DNA of 20,594 nucleotides from a virus (IMGVR_UViG_2526164690_000051), one strand, 5' to 3'; positions 1 to 8,790 are shown, counted from the stretch's first letter. Notes: generated by a model from the sequence alone, not told the origin. Numbers and translations: made by a program.

Positions 1-545
1 GTGTGTCAGCTTTTCCGCAAGGTCTGACGGCGACGCCGCCCTGACAACATCATAATGTTTAATCGACATCGAATTTCTCCCGTGTACAGGAACAGAGTTA
101 AAAAGCCGGAACCGGAATCAAATTACAGGATGGCCATCTGCCAGTGGCTGGTCGTAAAAAAAAGGCCACGCCATGCGCAGCCGGAAATAAAGGGATAACG
201 ATGATAGTTTGAGAAAAACAGAAACAACACTTTTGTGGCAAAGCATGGTGCCGGGTGCCTCCCGGTGAATTCAGTATCAGCACCTGAATCCGCGATTATC
301 CCATATACCTGGTTGCTGATCGCCCCTCCGCACAGGGGGATTCACCATGCAGTAGTATTTTTAATAAACAGTAAACAAAAAAATCAAGCATTATGCAGGC
401 TGTTCTTTTATCACCGGCCACAGCAATACCACAATGCCGCAGACCAGCACCCCATCCGCCAGCACCGACATGATTCTGCTGGTGAAATCCACCATCACCA
501 CCAGAAACAGCAGGAGTGCAGCCACAGCCAGGCGCAGTTTTACCG

Positions 546-977
546 TCACAGGTGATTCTCCAGACGAAGACCCAGAACACCGGCAATCTCTTCCAGCACC
601 TTGCGCTCTTCCGGCTCAATTTCGCCGTCTGCCTCCGCAATGGCCACCGCCACATCCAGCACATCTTCCGCTTCACGCGTATCGTGTTTCACATCCTCGA
701 TCTCACGTAACGCCGCACGACGACCAATTTTAAAGTTCGTATCCAGCTGACCGATAATGGTTGCGCTAATCGCATTAATTTCCGAGGTAAACGCAGACAA
801 CGCAGGCTGATTACGTAAGACCTGTTCGATCTTCGCTTTCTCGGATGCCTCGCATTCACCATCTGCATAGGCCACCAGGTATGCAGCGTTAATCACCGCC
901 TGTGCCAGATCGCGTTTCTCAAACTTTTTAATTTCCGCTGCCGCTCTGCGGGTTTTCTTTTTGAAGATTCCAAACAT
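546..977 (-). CDS. TerB-like (tellurite-resistance TerB family) protein
   Basis: ORF 546..1049; likely start is the internal Met (MFGIFKKK) at 977, preceded by AAGGAA. Acidic helical repeats (ADGECEASEKAKIEQVL ... AEADGEIEPEERKVLEEIAG) typical of TerB. Lies downstream of the tRNA cluster. Confidence 0.55.
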   Translation of the reverse strand: MFGIFKKKTRRAAAEIKKFEKRDLAQAVINAAYLVAYADGECEASEKAKIEQVLRNQPALSAFTSEINAISATIIGQLDTNFKIGRRAALREIEDVKHDTREAEDVLDVAVAIAEADGEIEPEERKVLEEIAGVLGLRLENHL

Positions 978-1146
978 CGTGACGTTCCTTTGGGTGGGTG
1001 AGCCAACGCCCGGGAGCGATCTGCCCACAGAGAAAGTCACACTGACCACTCCGTAAGCTCACCCCCGAAAGGCTCTGTGGTTGATATGCGCCGGGCGTGG
1101 CGCAGATACAAAAAAGGCCCGCCGAAGCGAGCCTGGAAAATAAGTG

Positions 1147-1223
1147 TGGCGCGTTGTAGTGGAGTCTAACCACTGACCGATTGCTTAGAAGGCAATTGCT
1201 CTGTCCGACTGAGCTAACAACGC
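1147..1223 (-). tRNA. tRNA-Arg (anticodon UCU), phage argO-like
   Basis: Reverse complement folds as a cloverleaf: acceptor GCGTTGT/ACAACGC, D-arm GCTCAGTCGGACAGAGC, anticodon loop CUUCUAA, 3' GCCA. T-loop is non-canonical (TTAGACT), so it may be degenerate. Confidence 0.6.
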
Positions 1224-1236
1224 ATGATGCTGATAA

Positions 1237-1313
1237 TGGACCGCCATCGGGGACTTGACCCCCGCGCAGCCAGCTTCGAAGGCTGGCGCTCTGTCCCGAT
1301 GAGCTAATAGCGG
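1237..1313 (-). tRNA. tRNA-Arg (anticodon UCG), phage argN-like
   Basis: Reverse complement: acceptor CCGCTAT/ATGGCGG (one G-U pair), D-arm GCTCATCGGGACAGAGC, anticodon stem CCAGC/GCTGG with loop CUUCGAA, T-arm CGGGG-GTCAAGT-CCCCG, 3' TCCA. Confidence 0.65.
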
Positions 1314-1322
1314 TATGTAATA

Positions 1323-1398
1323 TGGTGGCCCTTGCTGGATTTGAACCAGCGACCTGGCGATTATGAGTCGCTCGCTCTCACCACTGAGCTAAAGGGCC
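1323..1398 (-). tRNA. tRNA with CAU anticodon (Ile2/LAU-type or Met), phage ileZ-like
   Basis: Reverse complement GGCCCTTTAGCTCAGTGGTGAGAGCGAGCGACTCATAATCGCCAGGTCGCTGGTTCAAATCCAGCAAGGGCCACCA. Canonical cloverleaf with GGTTCAAATCC T-arm; closely resembles my recollection of E. coli ileX/ileY. Confidence 0.8.
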
Positions 1399-1426
1399 GA
1401 GCCAAAAAATAATAATCAGATGAAAA

Positions 1427-2140
1427 TCAATAATCAAGCCCTTGCCTGGATACATATCTGTCTGGCGGGAAGCCATAATAGCGGTGAAATACAGAAATAA
1501 AGTAGGACCTGCTTGAATAACCGCATTTTTCTGCTATAGCCTGTCCATATCCATGCCGGGAACATAACATATTTACAGCAACACGCATCCGCTCTTCCAG
1601 CAACAAGCGACTGAACATGCCCCCTTCATTTTTCAGTTTTGTCTTTAACAAACTCTCACTCATATGCAACTGTAGAGCAATCGCACCAAGCGTCCAGCTT
1701 GCTGATATATCTGTCTGAATTATCGCCCTGACTTTGGCACTTATGCTGGATAAACATCCACTTAAAAACAATGACATCCGTTCATCTGTTTCAAACAGAG
1801 ACAGGCAGGCCATCATAAGAAACATATCCGTGGCCTCTCCGGAAAATCCCTGGCTGGTAATTAAAGCCGCAGCCAACGCAGGATTGTTGGGTTCCAGCAA
1901 CAGGTAAAGCGGAATGTCAGTCAGACGAGTCCTCGTCAGCTTATGCTGACTTTCCAGATATTGACTTACGACGGATTCGCTTATATCGACAATTTTAACT
2001 TTGCCATAATGCATAAGGAAAAGCTCCCTGATGCATTTGGTGGCCAGAACAACTGAGCCTGGCTTAAGTGACAACGTATCCTTTTCAAGAAAAATATTAA
2101 TTGGGGAGCAAACCATGATAACTGAACAGACAACAGCCAT
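1427..2140 (-). CDS. AraC-family transcriptional regulator (AppY/GadX/PatE-like)
   Basis: 237 aa. N-terminus MAVVCSVIMVCSPINIF parallels AppY (MDYVCSVVFICQSF...). C-terminus has the AraC HTH signature (AEKCGYSSRSYFISVFHRYYGFPP). Confidence 0.7.
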   Translation of the reverse strand: MAVVCSVIMVCSPINIFLEKDTLSLKPGSVVLATKCIRELFLMHYGKVKIVDISESVVSQYLESQHKLTRTRLTDIPLYLLLEPNNPALAAALITSQGFSGEATDMFLMMACLSLFETDERMSLFLSGCLSSISAKVRAIIQTDISASWTLGAIALQLHMSESLLKTKLKNEGGMFSRLLLEERMRVAVNMLCSRHGYGQAIAEKCGYSSRSYFISVFHRYYGFPPDRYVSRQGLDY

Positions 2141-2274
2141 TATAATTTTACTTTCATTAGCAATTGGTTAGCTCAATTATAGCCCCAAAAGGTAAATTAT
2201 CATCAACACATAAGCAAAGGACTGACAGGTGTCGCCCCCCCACCAGCCGCCCATTACCACAAATTAAAAAGCCT

Positions 2275-2472
2275 TCACTGCGGAAGGCGTCTGTAACAAC
2301 CGAACTGATAATCTGCCAGACCCGCCATAACAAGCTGAGTCAGTATTAACTGGCAGCGTTCGCGTGAAAGGTAAGTATTCTGCGCAATTTCCCCGACGGT
2401 CGCCGGTTCGGTGACGCTTAATTCATTAAACACCACTCTGGCGGTTTCGGTCATATCCTGCTGTTTTAGCAT
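2275..2472 (-). CDS. small winged-helix-like hypothetical protein
   Basis: ORF 2275..2595; probable start at the Met of MLKQQDMTETARVV (2472), preceded by AAGGGAAAAAGG. Function unknown. Confidence 0.35.
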   Translation of the reverse strand: MLKQQDMTETARVVFNELSVTEPATVGEIAQNTYLSRERCQLILTQLVMAGLADYQFGCYRRLPQ

Positions 2473-2599
2473 GCCTTTTTCCCTTTTCTGGTTAACGTGA
2501 CATACCAATACCTCTTGTCGAAAAAGCCAGCAAGCTGAAAGACCAGTATTCACAACTACCAGCGCGTTTAATGTTCTGTGCCGTTTTTCAGGCATAAAA

Positions 2600-2630
2600 A
2601 AACCCGCATAAAGCGGGTTCTTTCAGGTGT
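2600..2630 (-). terminator. rho-independent terminator
   Basis: On the - strand: AACCCGC-TTTAT-GCGGGTT followed by TTTTTTT, just downstream of the ORF6N gene. Confidence 0.55.
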
Positions 2631-2715
2631 CCATGTCTGCTATTCGCCTCGCGGTACAGCTTTGCGAAGCGTACTGGAATTGAAGCAGTTTATGGCTAAA
2701 ATTGCAAGAACTTTT

Positions 2716-3297
2716 TTAAAGCTGCATCAGCCTTTCCACCAGTTTATCTCTGCGAACAACAAACCAACCATTGGCTCTCGCCAGTTCCAGCCATGACTCA
2801 AGGGAAATAACAATATCATCATCCCGCAACTGAATTGTGGAAACAGTGACACCGCCTTGCTGATAACAGAGAACTCGCGTGTCGTAACTTTTCTGGCATG
2901 AAACTGGCGTTGACGGATCCTTTTGACTGAAATAGCAGTCTTCCAGTTTTTCGAACACATCCCACGCCTGATCGGCTTCGAGCATTTTGGCGTGACGGGC
3001 TGCTCCGCGTTCTGTCCAGAGTATGAGCGAGCGGGTTTTCGGGGAAATTTGTAACCCTCTTAAAGATGGTTGCAAATTTTGTGAGTTACTTAAAGTAACC
3101 CGCAAATTTTTCAACTCAGCACCAACAACCTTGAAAAAGTGTTTACCCTCAACAAAACGCTCGGAATTACGGGTGTAATTTACTTTGATGTTGTTGATCT
3201 CGGTACGGTAAAGCTGTGCCAGTAACTCGGTAGTGATAACAGGAATCTGGTTATGGGTGATCGGGGAGAGAGTTTCAACAGAAATTTGAGTTGTCAT
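2716..3297 (-). CDS. ORF6N/KilA-N-like domain phage protein
   Basis: 193 aa. N-terminal region (LAQLYRTEINNIKVNYTRNSERFVEGKHFFKV...ELKNL...WTERGAARHAKML) matches the ORF6N pattern as I recall it. First ORF downstream of the pR'-like promoter. Confidence 0.5.
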   Translation of the reverse strand: MTTQISVETLSPITHNQIPVITTELLAQLYRTEINNIKVNYTRNSERFVEGKHFFKVVGAELKNLRVTLSNSQNLQPSLRGLQISPKTRSLILWTERGAARHAKMLEADQAWDVFEKLEDCYFSQKDPSTPVSCQKSYDTRVLCYQQGGVTVSTIQLRDDDIVISLESWLELARANGWFVVRRDKLVERLMQL

Positions 3298-3452
3298 AAT
3301 GACGCCCTCTGGTGGTTTCTTAATAACTCACCACCGACGACGCCAATCGTCTGGTGGTGAACTGTGCAGGGTTGGCGTAACCGGGAAACCGACCGGCGCG
3401 GATCTCTCCGCCCCCACACAGCCCACCATAATTCAGATGTGCGCGTGCATAC

Positions 3453-3480
3453 GACAATAAAAAACACGCTCGCGGCGTGT
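3453..3480 (-). terminator. tR'-like rho-independent terminator
   Basis: - strand CACGCCGCGAGCGTG followed by TTTTTTATTG, about 60-80 nt downstream of the pR'-like promoter. Confidence 0.4.
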
Positions 3481-3539
3481 ATCTGTCGCGGTCTCTATCC
3501 AGGACGCCAATCCCGACGCCAGATTTTGCTGGCGCGTGA

Positions 3540-3575
3540 GGAATATAGCCCCGGATAACAGATTGAGTCAACAGA
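3540..3575 (-). promoter_or_regulatory. pR'-like late promoter immediately downstream of Q
   Basis: - strand TTGACT (3572..3567), 17-bp spacer, TATATT (3547..3542). Position directly after the Q stop codon matches lambdoid late-promoter architecture. Confidence 0.45.
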
Positions 3576-4122
3576 CGGTTTTTAGATCCCCGGAAGAGAA
3601 TGCATCACGCATCGGCAGATAGAGCATAAACTCTGCCATTTTCAACCACGCATCTATGCGATTACGGCACGTGGCGTAACACCACTCAGGGTGTGAATCA
3701 TTCAGCAATTCAGCCATTTTTCGCTTAGTCATCCCCCGCCCTTCATATCGTTGCCGGAGGATACAAATCAATCCTGGGTGTTCTGCCAGCACTTCACTAA
3801 TCACCCGATCAATGCATAACGCCTCTGCATCAGTACAATGCACCAGCCAGCTTTTTTGCTTGCCGTTGATCATATCCCGCAAAAAAGCCTCAAGTTCAGG
3901 TTTGTCCAGACCTGCTTTTTTCATCCTCTGGAGCGCCTCGTTAATTGCCGTTTTTGTCAGCTTTTTAGAGGTCAGGAACTGGTTGAACATATTTCCCGTC
4001 TTACCGCCGCCAATATACGACCAGCGCCCCCACATACGTAGTTTTCCCTGAATCCAGACACTTTCCAGCGTAGTGAGACGAAGGTGTTCTCCGCTTTTTC
4101 CTGTATTCGTTGGGTAAATCAT
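3568..4122 (-). CDS. late-gene antiterminator Q-like protein
   Basis: ORF 3568..4242; likely start at the internal Met (MIYPTNTGKSG) at 4122, preceded by AGGAGGG. Sits between nin-type genes and the pR'-like promoter. Family assignment is by position plus general resemblance, not by a search. Confidence 0.6.
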   Translation of the reverse strand: MIYPTNTGKSGEHLRLTTLESVWIQGKLRMWGRWSYIGGGKTGNMFNQFLTSKKLTKTAINEALQRMKKAGLDKPELEAFLRDMINGKQKSWLVHCTDAEALCIDRVISEVLAEHPGLICILRQRYEGRGMTKRKMAELLNDSHPEWCYATCRNRIDAWLKMAEFMLYLPMRDAFSSGDLKTVC

Positions 4123-4409
4123 AAATATCCCTCCTTTCTCCAGATTTCTTGTGTACGAAAAACACCTTCTGCGTGCATCAGGCGTAATTCTTCTTTGGTG
4201 TAATCGCTGGTTTTTACCCGCCCGTCGATTAAATCGTGGCATGAGCTACAGGCAATCGCTGCCTGCATATCGTGTGGTTTTGTCGCTGTTCCGCACGTCC
4301 CCGCCAGCCTGTAATGCGCCAGCACAGAAGTTTCGGGATTGTGATTGCAGTAGCCAGGAATTCTGACTGTACACATCTGACCTTTTGCCGCTTTACGTAA
4401 ATCCACCAT
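4119..4409 (-). CDS. DUF1364 (YbcO-like) nin-region protein, Cys-rich putative nuclease
   Basis: 96 aa with VRIPGYCNHNPETSVLAH ... ACSSCHDLID; resembles DLP12 YbcO as I recall it. Confidence 0.6.
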   Translation of the reverse strand: MVDLRKAAKGQMCTVRIPGYCNHNPETSVLAHYRLAGTCGTATKPHDMQAAIACSSCHDLIDGRVKTSDYTKEELRLMHAEGVFRTQEIWRKEGYL

Positions 4410-5008
4410 TACGCAAACTCCAGCAGCTGCGCGGCCACATTTTCGACTTCCTCCGGAGAGGAAAATTTACGAAACAGGATCCAGTTCCACAGCACATTCA
4501 GTACGGCTTTATAAACCTGCTGAAACTCGGTTTCGTCCATATTCGCAAAAGCAATGGATTTCGCCCGACGCCCGCGGCTACCGTCCGGATAAAAATGCTC
4601 GGTGTAAAATCCAGCCTGAATGGTTACCCATTCGCGGAAAGCGTCAAATGACTTAAGCAATGCCGTATCCCGGGTTCTGCGTGTCGCAACTGTATTCAGA
4701 TATTGCTCTGCGGCTTCGCTCAGAGCTGGCGTATGTTCCCGACCTACTGATTCGCACAGGTACTCAACGAAGCCTGATACCAGTTCTCGTTCTCGAGGCG
4801 TGATCACCCCACCGCTTGGAGTCCAGTAATCGAATCCCAGTTGCAGGAGTTTGAAAAAACGCTTGTGAAATGCGTAGTTACGCACACGCTTAAAGTCTGC
4901 GTGTATCCACTCACCTATTTTGATTTGATGCAAAAAATCGCAACTCTCCGGCGTCGCCGGGAGAAGTAATCCGGAAGAGGTTTGTTTGACCAGTTGTATA
5001 TGCGCCAT
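4409..5008 (-). CDS. DUF1367-like nin-region phage protein
   Basis: 199 aa, GGAG RBS, start/stop overlap with the YbcO-like gene. Typical lambdoid nin-region hypothetical. Confidence 0.5.
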   Translation of the reverse strand: MAHIQLVKQTSSGLLLPATPESCDFLHQIKIGEWIHADFKRVRNYAFHKRFFKLLQLGFDYWTPSGGVITPRERELVSGFVEYLCESVGREHTPALSEAAEQYLNTVATRRTRDTALLKSFDAFREWVTIQAGFYTEHFYPDGSRGRRAKSIAFANMDETEFQQVYKAVLNVLWNWILFRKFSSPEEVENVAAQLLEFA

Positions 5009-5079
5009 CGTAGTTCTCCGCTGGCGCAGTAGAATGGGTGTTCAGCCCGTTATGTAGTATAACAGAATTAATGCCAATA

Positions 5080-5331
5080 CTAACAGGATGCTCTGACTCG
5101 CAATTCATCCAGCAGTTTATCATTTCCCATAATGTCACTTACCCTCATCGGTAAAAAAATTGCCTTTCGACCATTACGATACATCATTGATTTTGGGATT
5201 TCAGGGAAGTAATCCATTTCGACTATAACTGACAGGTCATCACGACGTATGACTGCGTATTTGCAACTAAATAGTTTCTTTATTTTTTCCACGATGCCTC
5301 CGAGTTTATAAGTACAAACGGTTATATCCAC
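5080..5331 (-). CDS. hypothetical protein
   Basis: 83-aa ORF between the nin block and hok. No recognisable motif. Confidence 0.3.
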   Translation of the reverse strand: MDITVCTYKLGGIVEKIKKLFSCKYAVIRRDDLSVIVEMDYFPEIPKSMMYRNGRKAIFLPMRVSDIMGNDKLLDELRVRASC

Positions 5332-5473
5332 ATAGAGACAAAAATATTAATCTGAAAAATATTTATTTCACGCCGTATATTTGATTATTTAATGTGCAGG
5401 TACAATGACTTTTATTTTTTGTTGTGTATATAATCAAATATATGGTTATTTTTCACCCTGCGTATTCAGCGCG

Positions 5474-5500
5474 CAACAAAAAACCCGCCGAAGCGGCTAA
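5474..5500 (-). terminator. rho-independent terminator downstream of hok
   Basis: - strand GCCGC-TTCG-GCGGG stem-loop followed by TTTTTTG. Confidence 0.5.
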
Positions 5501-5566
5501 GTACGGGTGCGTTGAGGATGCCTGACACATCAGAGGTGGCGGGGGATTTCTCCTCGGCCGGGTCTC

Positions 5567-5719
5567 TTACTCCTCAGGTTCGTAAGCTGTGAAGACAGCG
5601 ACCTCCGTCTGGCCGGTTCGGATTCGTACCTCGCAGATGTCTTTCCTCGTTACCAGTGCCGTCACAACGACGGTTAAACAGATGACGATCAGGGCGATTA
5701 ACATCGCCTTTTGCTGCAT
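5567..5719 (-). CDS. hokD: Hok/Gef-family membrane toxin (HokD/RelF-like); not in the ORF track (51 aa)
   Basis: Translation MQQKAMLIALIVICLTVVVTALVTRKDICEVRIRTGQTEVAVFTAYEPEE is near-identical to my recollection of HokD. A structured leader region lies upstream (5720..5860). Confidence 0.8.
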   Translation of the reverse strand: MQQKAMLIALIVICLTVVVTALVTRKDICEVRIRTGQTEVAVFTAYEPEE

Positions 5720-5867
5720 CACAGCCTACTTACCCTTACCTTTCGTTCAAGCGGTAAGGTCACTTTTTCTGTTGTGTGCTAACCAACAAACCTCTTTTAT
5801 CTGCATTAAAAATCGCTATCATGTCATCCTCAACCTGTTAATAGCCTATTATGGACTTTAGTAAACA

Positions 5868-7695
5868 ATGAGCACTTCCGCATACAAGAGCAAAATTCGA
5901 ACACTCCAGTGCGCGTTAAAAAACGGTGAATTTGAACCATTCATACAACATATCCGTTTTCCATACTTTAAAAATATAGAGCAGAATGCAAGGATCGATT
6001 TTCAGTTCCCTATAACGGCTTTAGTAGGAAAAAATGGAACTAATAAAAGTTCTGTTATCAAAGCGCTATTTGGTTGCCCACATGGTAAAAATATAACTCG
6101 TTATTGGTTCACAACTGAAACAGATGAGTTTCCTGACCTAAAACTTGCTGATGGCAGTTCTCTTAAGCCTAGATATATATATGGATATAAAAATGCTGAT
6201 GGCCGTTTAGTTGAAATACTCCAAGCGCGTATCAATGCTACCAAGAAAACAATCGATTATTGGGAAACAAGTCGACCATCTGTTGGTGATAACATGGAGA
6301 GTATTTCGGATGATCTGGGTGCTAATAGTAATGCAACCAGATGGAAAAAATCAAGAAGGGATTGATTTTCCTAGATTTCAGATCGGAAATAAGTGCATTT
6401 GATAGATGTATGTATCACTCTGATTTTAAATTAAGAAAGAAGAAGAGTGGTGTATTAATTACAAAGCAAGACTATATCAGAAGCAAATCTAAATATATAA
6501 AGAAAGCTTTTGATGAAAAGCTAAGTAATTTAAGACTTTGGGGGACGGAAACCATTGTTAAAAATATAACCTTGGCGCCAGAACTAGTTGAGCACGTCTC
6601 ATTTATATTAGGAAAAAAATATAAAGTCATTAAATTTCTTGAGCATCGGTTATTTGGAACCAGAGGAGGAACCGCTTTACTTTCAACTGATAAGTTGAAC
6701 TATACAGAAGCTTTTGCTGGAAGTGGTGAATTTGCAATAGTTTCACTAATACTCAATATTTATTCGGCCAAACCTAATTCATTAATTCTTCTTGACGAAC
6801 CAGAAGTTTCACTTCACCCTGGTGCACAGAAAAGGATGATGGATGTTCTGTACTCTATTGTTGAGCAGAAAAAACATCAAGTGGTAATATCAACCCATTC
6901 TCCTGTTATTGTGAACACTCTTCCCAAAGATGCTATTAAATTATTTGTTTTTGATGAAGAGAGTGAAACAGCTAAAATAGTTCAAAATATAGCACCGGAT
7001 GAAGCTTTTATAGAGCTAGGGCATGATATTAACAAGAAAACAATAATTGTAGAAGATAAATTAGCTAAAGCAATTATAGATAAAGCGATTAAAAATTATG
7101 AAAGATTAAGTTTATCATTTAGTGTAAGTTATATACCAGGTGGTTCGGAGACAATTTTAAGCAAGCATCTTCCCAGTTACGCTGTGGTAGAACGCAATGA
7201 TATTTTGTTTTTACTTGATGGTGATAAAAACAAAAAATAAAACCAGTAAGAATTAGTGAAATTGCTGATGCTGATTTAGTTAATACAATGTGCAAATATT
7301 ATGGTTGCGAGTTAATTATCAATGCCAGTGGTAGTAATGGCAAAAAAAATGAACAAGAATCTAATAGACTCAAAAGGCAAGTGCTTGAGTATGCATTCAA
7401 TAAAGTGCAGTATTTACCATTTGATACTCCCGAACAATTACTCATTGAAAAGGCAATTACGCCAAGTGAAAAAGAAATAATTGATTCACAGACCTGGAGT
7501 TCTAATGATCCAGAGCTGTATAAGAATCAAATAAGATTATTAGCGCAACACCTGTATGATAAAGAAGAAGTAAATGCAGAGGAAATTTTTTGCCTCCAAA
7601 AAATGATGACCGCAAGACTTAAAAATGAATTGCCTGAATTTATAAAAATAAGAAAAATAATTACTCAGGCTCTTGACCGTGGTATCATTAGGTAG
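5868..7695 (+). pseudogene. OLD/Gabija/PARIS-like ABC-type ATPase fused to TOPRIM-like nuclease domain; split into three ORFs by two frameshifts in A6 runs
   Basis: ORF 5868..6365 has Walker A (ALVGKNGTNKSS). ORF 6341..7240 has signature-like AGSGEFAIVSL, Walker B LILLDEPEVSLHP, H-loop ISTHSP, then TOPRIM-like TIIVEDK and LFLLDGD. ORF 7288..7695 is in frame with the open frame from 7228. One extra A in the runs at 6345..6350 and 7232..7237 fuses all three into about 609 aa. Confidence 0.6.
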
Positions 7696-7718
7696 TGATT
7701 CTGGATGCAGAGGGAAAA

Positions 7719-8757
7719 ATGAAAAAAATCAAAGTGTTTGACTTCTTTTCCGGTTGTGGTGGAACCAGCCAAGGTTTCCATCAAGCTGGAATGGATATTG
7801 TTTTTGGCCTCGATTTCGACGTTGATGCAGCCAGTTCATTTCGTGCAAATTTCCCGCAAGCTGCTTTTATTAACTCGGACATTAGGTTAATCGACAACAA
7901 TGCCATAAACAAGTTAGTAAAAAACATCGTAATGATTACATTCTTTTTTCAGGATGTGCGCCTTGTCAACCGTACTCTAAGCAAAACTCAAATAAAAAAA
8001 TGATGATCCACGATTAGATCTATTAAAGGAATTCAGTCGTTTTGTAGAGCATTATATGCCTGATTTTATTTTTGTTGAAAACGTGCCAGGAATGCAAAAG
8101 TTTAACAAAAATGAAGGAACATTCATGATGTTTTTAGAAATGCTTTCATCAAAGGGATATAGTGTAGATTATAAAGTAATGCCAGCTGCGTGGTACGGTG
8201 TACCACAGACGCGAGAAAGATTAGTGCTCATTGCATCCAAGGATTTTTATGTCGCATTGCCTTCTCCTACACATGGGGTTGGAAATACTCCCTATTCAAC
8301 AGTAAAGGACTGGATCGCTAATTTACCGAAGATAGAAGCAGGAGAAAAGCATAATAGTATTCCTGATCATGAAGCTGCACGCTTATCAGAGCTTAATTTA
8401 CGTAGAATAAAATGCACTCCTGAAGGTGGAAGTCGAGAATTTTGGCCAGATGAATTGATTTTAGAATGCCATCGTAACCATAAAGGGCATACAGACGTAT
8501 ATGGACGTTTGAGTTGGGACAAACCAGCCAGCGGACTAACAACTCGTTGTATTAGCTATTCAAATGGACGTTTTGGACATCCAACACAAAATCGAGCAAT
8601 ATCTGTTCGTGAAGCAGCGTGTCTACAAACATTTCCTTTGGATTATAAATTTATTGGTTCTTTGCAATCTCGGGCTCGTCAAATAGGAAATGCGGTCCCT
8701 CCGAAGATGTCTGAAACGATTGGAAAACATTTGCTTAATATAATCAAAGCCTCCTAG
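7719..8757 (+). pseudogene. DNA (cytosine-5)-methyltransferase; split by two homopolymer frameshifts (T6 at 7944..7949, A7 at 7994..8000)
   Basis: Motif I FDFFSGCGG in ORF 7695..8003 (start likely Met at 7719 after AGGGA). Motif IV GCAPCQPYS lies in a second frame (7949..8017). Motifs ENVPGM, QTRER and GNAVPP are in ORF 8056..8757. A +1 insertion in each run gives a contiguous enzyme of about 346 aa. Confidence 0.7.
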
Positions 8758-8772
8758 GAGGCTTTATTTTAT
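8743..8772. terminator. bidirectional rho-independent terminator between convergent genes
   Basis: Perfect inverted repeat AAAGCCTCC-TAG-GAGGCTTT flanked by T-rich sequence on both strands; the methyltransferase stop codon is in the loop. Confidence 0.6.
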
Positions 8773-8790
8773 TGTTATCCCCCCTAGTAG

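Noticed and set aside
235-676. Overlapping ORFs 235..555 (+), 296..676 (-) and 434..733 (+)
   Set aside because: Translations are Arg/His/Gln-rich and low-complexity, and they overlap the TerB-like gene, so they are most likely spurious. The region 1..390 is left unannotated because I could not support any call.
3320-3571. 83-aa - strand ORF and 64-aa + strand ORF between Q and the ORF6N gene
   Set aside because: They overlap the pR'-like promoter and tR'-like terminator; composition looks non-coding.
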